Shown here in pieces: positions 58,744 to 64,000 of a DNA stretch of 64,000 nt. Under the pieces are notes generated by a model that saw only the letters and a list, made by a program, of their open reading frames with translations, had not been told where the DNA came from and did not search any database. This DNA is from an uncultured Gammaproteobacteria bacterium (GTDB lineage Bacteria > Patescibacteriota > Patescibacteriia > VMEV01 > CAYQCH01): positions 42,970 through 106,969 of the forward strand of contig CAYGRO010000004.1 in the NCBI GenBank assembly GCA_964352335.1. The letters run 5' to 3'. The stretch's first letter is position 1. Every line of letters starts with the position of its first letter. A program made the position numbers and the translations under genes.

Positions 58744-60552
58744 ATGACACCATCTTCTCCTAATGCTTTTACAAAAACAGCTCCAACTTCTGTTGGGGTA
58801 GATGCGAAAAGAAAAGAAATTCCTTTAAGCCAAACAGCAAAAGTGGTTGCAGAGAAACGGTATTTAACGAGAGATGAAAATGGAAATGTAAATGAAACCG
58901 TTTACGATATGTTTAAACGTGTTGCCGATAATATCGCTTCTGGTGATAAATTTTACGGAGCAACCGATGAACAAGTAGCACAAGTTTCGGAAGACTTTTT
59001 AGAAATGATGGTTGACCTCGAATTTTTAGCGGGGATGACTTTAAGAAATGCTGGTCGAGAATTACAACAATTGTCGGCTTGTTATGTTTTACCCATGGAA
59101 GATTCCATGGACTCTATTTATACAACCTTAAAAAATGCAGCCAAGTTGCATAAAACAGGTGCAGGAATTGGATACGACTTTTCTAAACTTCGGCCAAAAA
59201 ATGCAGAAGTAAAAACAACTGGAGGAAAATCTTGTGGTCCAGTTGGTTTCATGAAGCTCATTGAATTCTCTTGTGACACAATCGTCAATTCTGCTGCCAC
59301 TCGTCGGGCGGGGAATATGGGGATTTTACGTATTGATCATCCAGATATTGATGAATTTTTATCTGCGAAAGAAGATAATTCTCAATTAAATAATTTTAAT
59401 ATCTCTGTAAACGGTACCGATGTTTTTATGGAAGCCGTTAAAAATGGAACAACCTACGATATTACAGATCCACATACAGGAAAAATAGTAGAACAAAGAG
59501 ATGCACGACAAATGTTTGACCGCATTATCGAAAAAGCATGGCGTTCTGCGGAACCAGGGATGATCTTTTTTGATGAAGTAAACCGATATAATCCAACACC
59601 ACAATTGGGGCCAATGTCTGCAACGAATCAATGTGGGGAACAACCATTATTCCCATATGAAGCTTGTAATTTAGGTTCTATCGTTTTAAATCGCATGGTG
59701 CAAAAAACACCAAATGGTTTAACAGAAATCGATTGGGAAAAATTAGAAGACCGAGTACGCAAAGCCGTTCACTTTTTAGATAATACAATCGACCTTAATA
59801 ACTACCCATTAGAAGAATTACGCAAAATGAATCATGCGAACCGGCGAATTGGTCTTGGTGTCATGGGGTTTGCAGATTTATTAATCGAATTAGGGATTCC
59901 TTATAATTCAGAAGAAGGGGTAAAGACGGCAGAAGTTGTCATGAAGTTTATCCAAGAAAAATCTCATGATGAAAGCCGACGGTTAGCAAAAGAACGAGGA
60001 AGTTTTCCTAACTTCAAAGGTTCTCGATGGGAACGATTAGGGTATACAGAAATGCGAAATGCCACTGTAACAACGATTGCTCCAACAGGGACAACAAGTA
60101 TTTTTGCAGGATGTTCATCTGGAATTGAACCAATTTTCTCTTTGGTCTATGTTCGAAAAAATATTTTAGACCAAGATAAAGATTCGTTTATGGAAGTTCA
60201 TCCGCTCTTTGAAGAAAAGCTCAAAGAAAAGTGGCTCTACAATAAAGATATTCTAGAACAAGCAGCTCAACTAGGTTCATTAGAAAAGGTAAACGGAATT
60301 CCAGAAGACTTAAAACATGTTTTTGTCACCTCACATGATATTGCTCCAGAATGGCATGTCAAAATTCAAGCGGCTTTTCAGAAACATACAGATAATGCCG
60401 TTTCGAAAACAGTAAATATGCCACATGAATCGACCAAAGAAGATGTTGCTAATGTGTATATGATGGCTTATGAGACTGGATGTAAGGGAGTAACGATTTA
60501 CCGAGATGGAAGTCGGGATAAACAGGTACTTAACTTAGTTAAAAAGAAATAA
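58744..60552 (+). CDS. nrdJ: Class II (adenosylcobalamin-type) ribonucleotide reductase, catalytic core only
   Basis: LSACYVL, TNQCGEQPL, EACNLGS, APTGT, KGVTIYRDGS; no ATP cone, no C-terminal Cys tail. Confidence 0.9.
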   Translation: MTPSSPNAFTKTAPTSVGVDAKRKEIPLSQTAKVVAEKRYLTRDENGNVNETVYDMFKRVADNIASGDKFYGATDEQVAQVSEDFLEMMVDLEFLAGMTLRNAGRELQQLSACYVLPMEDSMDSIYTTLKNAAKLHKTGAGIGYDFSKLRPKNAEVKTTGGKSCGPVGFMKLIEFSCDTIVNSAATRRAGNMGILRIDHPDIDEFLSAKEDNSQLNNFNISVNGTDVFMEAVKNGTTYDITDPHTGKIVEQRDARQMFDRIIEKAWRSAEPGMIFFDEVNRYNPTPQLGPMSATNQCGEQPLFPYEACNLGSIVLNRMVQKTPNGLTEIDWEKLEDRVRKAVHFLDNTIDLNNYPLEELRKMNHANRRIGLGVMGFADLLIELGIPYNSEEGVKTAEVVMKFIQEKSHDESRRLAKERGSFPNFKGSRWERLGYTEMRNATVTTIAPTGTTSIFAGCSSGIEPIFSLVYVRKNILDQDKDSFMEVHPLFEEKLKEKWLYNKDILEQAAQLGSLEKVNGIPEDLKHVFVTSHDIAPEWHVKIQAAFQKHTDNAVSKTVNMPHESTKEDVANVYMMAYETGCKGVTIYRDGSRDKQVLNLVKKK

Positions 60553-60570
60553 TTTGTTCTCAACATAATT

Positions 60571-60650
60571 TATCGAATCTACGAATTAAAACCAATCTAC
60601 AAATAAATCAATTCGTAATCCGTAGATTTGTCCTAATTCGTAGATTCGAT
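60571..60650. repeat. Inverted cgaat/attcg hairpin between the two RNR genes
   Basis: tatcgaatctacgaatta / taattcgtagattcgata arms. Confidence 0.85.
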
Positions 60651-60729
60651 ACCTAACCACTTCAAATAAATAAATTAACATGCTTGTCTTCACCTCGCTT
60701 TCGGGCAAGGTGAGCGTGATCCCACTATT

Positions 60730-63700
60730 ATGACCGCAAAACAAATAATGGCGAAAGTCAAACCAAATCTAGCAGAACAATCTCTGGCCGTTGCTCAAAA
60801 ACGGTATATGAAAACAGATGAACAAGGGAATCCTACAGAAACCCCAGAAGAAATGTTCTACCGAGTTGCCGAATTTTTAGCTTCTGGTGATAAAAAGATT
60901 AATCCAAATGCAGATACAACGGCTTTGGCTGAATCTTTTTACCAAATGATGGCTAAGTTAGAATTTGTTCCTGGTGGACGAGCTTTTTTTGAAGCTGGTA
61001 ATGACCATACGGGTCAAATGGCTTCTTGTTTTGTCCTTCCTATTGAAGACACAATGGAAGGTATTTTTCAAACATTAAAAGATGCGGCGATTACTCAACA
61101 AAATAATGGTGGAACTGGTTTTAATTTTTCTAAAGTTCGACCAAAAGGAGATACAGTAAATGGAGTGCCTGGAGTTGCGGCTGGGCCATTACATTATATT
61201 CGAAGTTTCGACCAAGCATTTAGTAAGGTTTTGCAAGGTGGGAAACGTCATGGTGGGAATATGGGAGTCTTAAATGTAGACCATCCTGATATTGAAGAAT
61301 TTATTCGATTAAAAGATTCTGGTTCTGATATTAAAAACTTTAATATTTCTGTTGGGGTGACAAATGCATTCATGGAAGCTGTTCGTATGGATACGAGTTG
61401 GGATTTGATTAATCCTTCTACAAAAGAAGTCACAAAAACAGTTCAAGCTAAAGAAATTTTTGACGCTATTATTGAACGTGCGCATAAATGCGCTGACCCT
61501 GGGTTATTATTTATTGACCATGTAGCAGACGGAAACAATAATGCGCATCTTTACGATATGGTGGCAACAAACCCTTGTGGGGAACAACCACTTGGTCCGT
61601 ATGAAAGTTGTAATTTAGGTTCATTAATTTTGTCTAATCATGTTACACCTGCTGGGCAAGTAGATTGGCAAAAATTACAAAGAACATCAAAATTAGCGAC
61701 TCGGTTCATGGATAATATGATCGAGTTAAATAAATATCCTATTCCGGCGATTGACTACATGGTTCGCCAAACCCGAAAAATTGGAATTGGTGTAATGGGA
61801 TTTGCCCAAATGCTTTATAAACTTAATATTCCTTATTCTTCTCAAGAAGCAGTCGATTTGATCGAAAAAATCATGAAGACGATTCATACTTCTATTGAAG
61901 AAGAAAGCATGGTTTTGGCAGAAGAAAGAGGAGTATACCCAGCGTGGAAAGGTTCTCGATGGGAAGAAAAAGGAATCAAAATTCGAAATTCTCATTTAAC
62001 TTCTATTGCTCCAACAGGAACAATTTCAATGCTTGCAAATACATCATCTGGAATTGAGCCTTACTTTAACTTGGTAACAATTCGAAAATCATTTTATAAC
62101 CAAGGAGGAAGCGACAATAATACAGCCAATGCAGAAACATTAAGAATCGTAGCTGATGACTTTGAACGTGTGGCCAAAGAACGAGGGTTTTATTCTGATG
62201 AATTAATGGATCGTATTGCTGAAGAAGGAAGTGTTCAAGGATTTGCAGAAATCCCTCAAGATGTAAAAGATATTTTTGTTACAAGTAGAGATGTTGCTCC
62301 ACAATGGCATGTGAAAATTCAAGCAGCTGCACAAAAATGGACAGATGCTGCCGTTTCAAAAACAGTAAACTTGCCAAATGACGCAACAATTGAAGATGTG
62401 CGCCAAACGTATATTCTTGCTTATGAAACAAAATGTAAGGGAGTAACTATTTACCGTGATGGATCTAAATCTGACCAAGTATTGTCACTTAAAAAGAAGG
62501 CTGAAGACAAAGCGCCTGCAACTGCAGAGATCAAAGTTCCTGTGGTACAAACAGCTCCAATATCTCAACCTGTTGCACATCCTGTGTCTACAAGTACTTC
62601 TGTAAATAAACCGCTTATTACTGGTGACGTAAATCCAGAAGCGATTATTACCAAAAATGCACAAACTGTTTTACAAAAACGTGCACTCAAAAAAGATGAC
62701 CAAGGAACTGTGGTAGAAAATCCAGAAGATTTATTCCACCGTGTAGCACGGTTTATGGCTAGTCCAGAAAAACAATATGATGTGCCAGAACAACGAATAG
62801 CAGAAATTCAAGATAAATTTTACGGAATGCTTTCTCGGCTCGAATTTATTGCTGGTCAACCATTGAGAAATTCAGAAACAAATTTAACCATGTCTGCTTG
62901 TTTGGTATTGCCTATTGAAGACAATATCGAAGGGATTATGCAAACGATTTCTGAAAATGTTTTTGCGCATAAATCTACTTGTGGAACGGGTATTAACTAT
63001 TCTCGTATCCGAATGAAAGGGTCTGGTGTAGGAGAAGTTGGTCCTATTGCTGCTGGTCCTGTGCATTTTATGAAAGCGGTTTCGGTTGCACAAAAAACCA
63101 TTCAAACCAAAGGTGGTCGTTCTCAAGGAAGTATGGGGATTTTAAATGTGGACCACCCAGATATCGACGCCTTTATTAAAGCGAAAGATATTGAAGGAGA
63201 ATTCGATAATATGAATATCTCGGTTGGAGCAACCGATAAATTCATGGAAGCTCTACGAAATGACGCAGAATATGACATGTACGACCCAGGAGAAAAGAAA
63301 GTGGTTAGCAAAATGCGAGCCAAAGATATGTTCGATAAAATTGCTGAACATGCATGGGTAAGTGGAGATCCAGGGTTAATTTTTGTGGACCGATTAGAAA
63401 GAGATAATCCAACACCAAGTTTAGGGATTTTAGATGCAACTAACCCATGTGGAGAACAACCATTATTACCGTATGAAACATGTAATTTAGGTTCTATTGT
63501 TTTATCTCGCATGGTTAAACCAGATGCACAAGGAAATCCGGTAATTGACTGGGATAAATATGCAGAAACAATTTATTATTCTGTACGTTTCTTAGACAAT
63601 AGTATTGATGTAAACAATTTCCCGTTAGCAAAAGTAGAACAAATGTCTAAAGGAACTCGACGTATTGGTCTAGGAGCTATGGGGTTTGCAGATTTACTTA

Positions 63701-64000
63701 TTAAATTAGGTATTCCTTATAATTCAAATGAAGCGGTAGAACTGGCAGAAGAAATGATGAAATTCTTAAATGACCATGCACATAAAGCAACTGAAGAAAT
63801 CGGTGCAGAAAAAGGGTCTTTCCCATACTTTGATATTTCTGTTTGGCCTGAACGCGGTGTTAAGGCACGAAGAAATTCTGCGGTAACAACTATTGCGCCA
63901 ACTGGGTATACAAGTATCGTTGCTAATTGTTCTTCTGGAATCGAACCTATTTACGCTTTGGCTTTCCGTCGAGAAAACTCTATGGGAGGAACAGATCAAT
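60730..64000 (+). CDS. nrdJ: Class II ribonucleotide reductase with two fused catalytic domains (3'-truncated; not in ORF track)
   Basis: ATG 60730, no in-frame stop to window end; domain A (MASCFVL, TNPCGEQ 61567, ESCNLGS, KGVTIYRDGS), linker 62491-62640, domain B (MSACLVL, TNPCGEQ 63439, ETCNLGS, APTGYTS). Confidence 0.92.
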   Translation, partial: MTAKQIMAKVKPNLAEQSLAVAQKRYMKTDEQGNPTETPEEMFYRVAEFLASGDKKINPNADTTALAESFYQMMAKLEFVPGGRAFFEAGNDHTGQMASCFVLPIEDTMEGIFQTLKDAAITQQNNGGTGFNFSKVRPKGDTVNGVPGVAAGPLHYIRSFDQAFSKVLQGGKRHGGNMGVLNVDHPDIEEFIRLKDSGSDIKNFNISVGVTNAFMEAVRMDTSWDLINPSTKEVTKTVQAKEIFDAIIERAHKCADPGLLFIDHVADGNNNAHLYDMVATNPCGEQPLGPYESCNLGSLILSNHVTPAGQVDWQKLQRTSKLATRFMDNMIELNKYPIPAIDYMVRQTRKIGIGVMGFAQMLYKLNIPYSSQEAVDLIEKIMKTIHTSIEEESMVLAEERGVYPAWKGSRWEEKGIKIRNSHLTSIAPTGTISMLANTSSGIEPYFNLVTIRKSFYNQGGSDNNTANAETLRIVADDFERVAKERGFYSDELMDRIAEEGSVQGFAEIPQDVKDIFVTSRDVAPQWHVKIQAAAQKWTDAAVSKTVNLPNDATIEDVRQTYILAYETKCKGVTIYRDGSKSDQVLSLKKKAEDKAPATAEIKVPVVQTAPISQPVAHPVSTSTSVNKPLITGDVNPEAIITKNAQTVLQKRALKKDDQGTVVENPEDLFHRVARFMASPEKQYDVPEQRIAEIQDKFYGMLSRLEFIAGQPLRNSETNLTMSACLVLPIEDNIEGIMQTISENVFAHKSTCGTGINYSRIRMKGSGVGEVGPIAAGPVHFMKAVSVAQKTIQTKGGRSQGSMGILNVDHPDIDAFIKAKDIEGEFDNMNISVGATDKFMEALRNDAEYDMYDPGEKKVVSKMRAKDMFDKIAEHAWVSGDPGLIFVDRLERDNPTPSLGILDATNPCGEQPLLPYETCNLGSIVLSRMVKPDAQGNPVIDWDKYAETIYYSVRFLDNSIDVNNFPLAKVEQMSKGTRRIGLGAMGFADLLIKLGIPYNSNEAVELAEEMMKFLNDHAHKATEEIGAEKGSFPYFDISVWPERGVKARRNSAVTTIAPTGYTSIVANCSSGIEPIYALAFRRENSMGGTDQ

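Noticed and set aside
62491-62640. Intein in the long RNR ORF
   Set aside because: Low-complexity linker without intein terminal or LAGLIDADG motifs; followed by a second RNR N-terminus.
61248-63999. Minus-strand ORFs in the track
   Set aside because: Antisense shadows of the + strand RNR frame.
1-64000. Genetic code 25 (TGA=Gly)
   Set aside because: Conserved genes have no in-frame TGA; map, recO and ndh end in TGA at expected positions.

Overview
AT-rich bacterial chromosome segment, very likely Patescibacteria/CPR (no rpmD between rpsE and rplO, housekeeping genes without Shine-Dalgarno motifs, charged ribosomal protein tails; genetic code 11). Order: end of a type III restriction gene, a YegP-like gene, recQ-msrA-fbp-aldolase, translation genes (dus, cysS, prmC, prfA, rpmE2, queA, rpmB), the str/S10/spc cluster to secY-adk-map, ruvX-recO-ndh, an ECF sigma pair, uvrD/pcrA, a Fur-led iscS/ferredoxin/peroxiredoxin operon, ung and a ribonucleotide reductase locus. 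Top observation: at least THREE divergent class II RNR catalytic domains in tandem. One is stand-alone (58744-60552); two are fused in a reading frame missing from the ORF track (60730 to beyond 64000). All keep the catalytic cysteines, but each has a different specificity loop and phosphate-binding motif, suggesting (inference) division of labour between domains. Also: about 20 intergenic short-period tandem-repeat tracts, mostly inverted hairpins ending just before start codons; palindromic mini-elements, including in-frame inserts in queA; GC-rich SD-led orphan cassettes, one flanked by a perfect 19-bp direct repeat; and several candidate structured RNAs. No tRNA, rRNA or CRISPR array was seen. 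All calls are by eye, without database searches.
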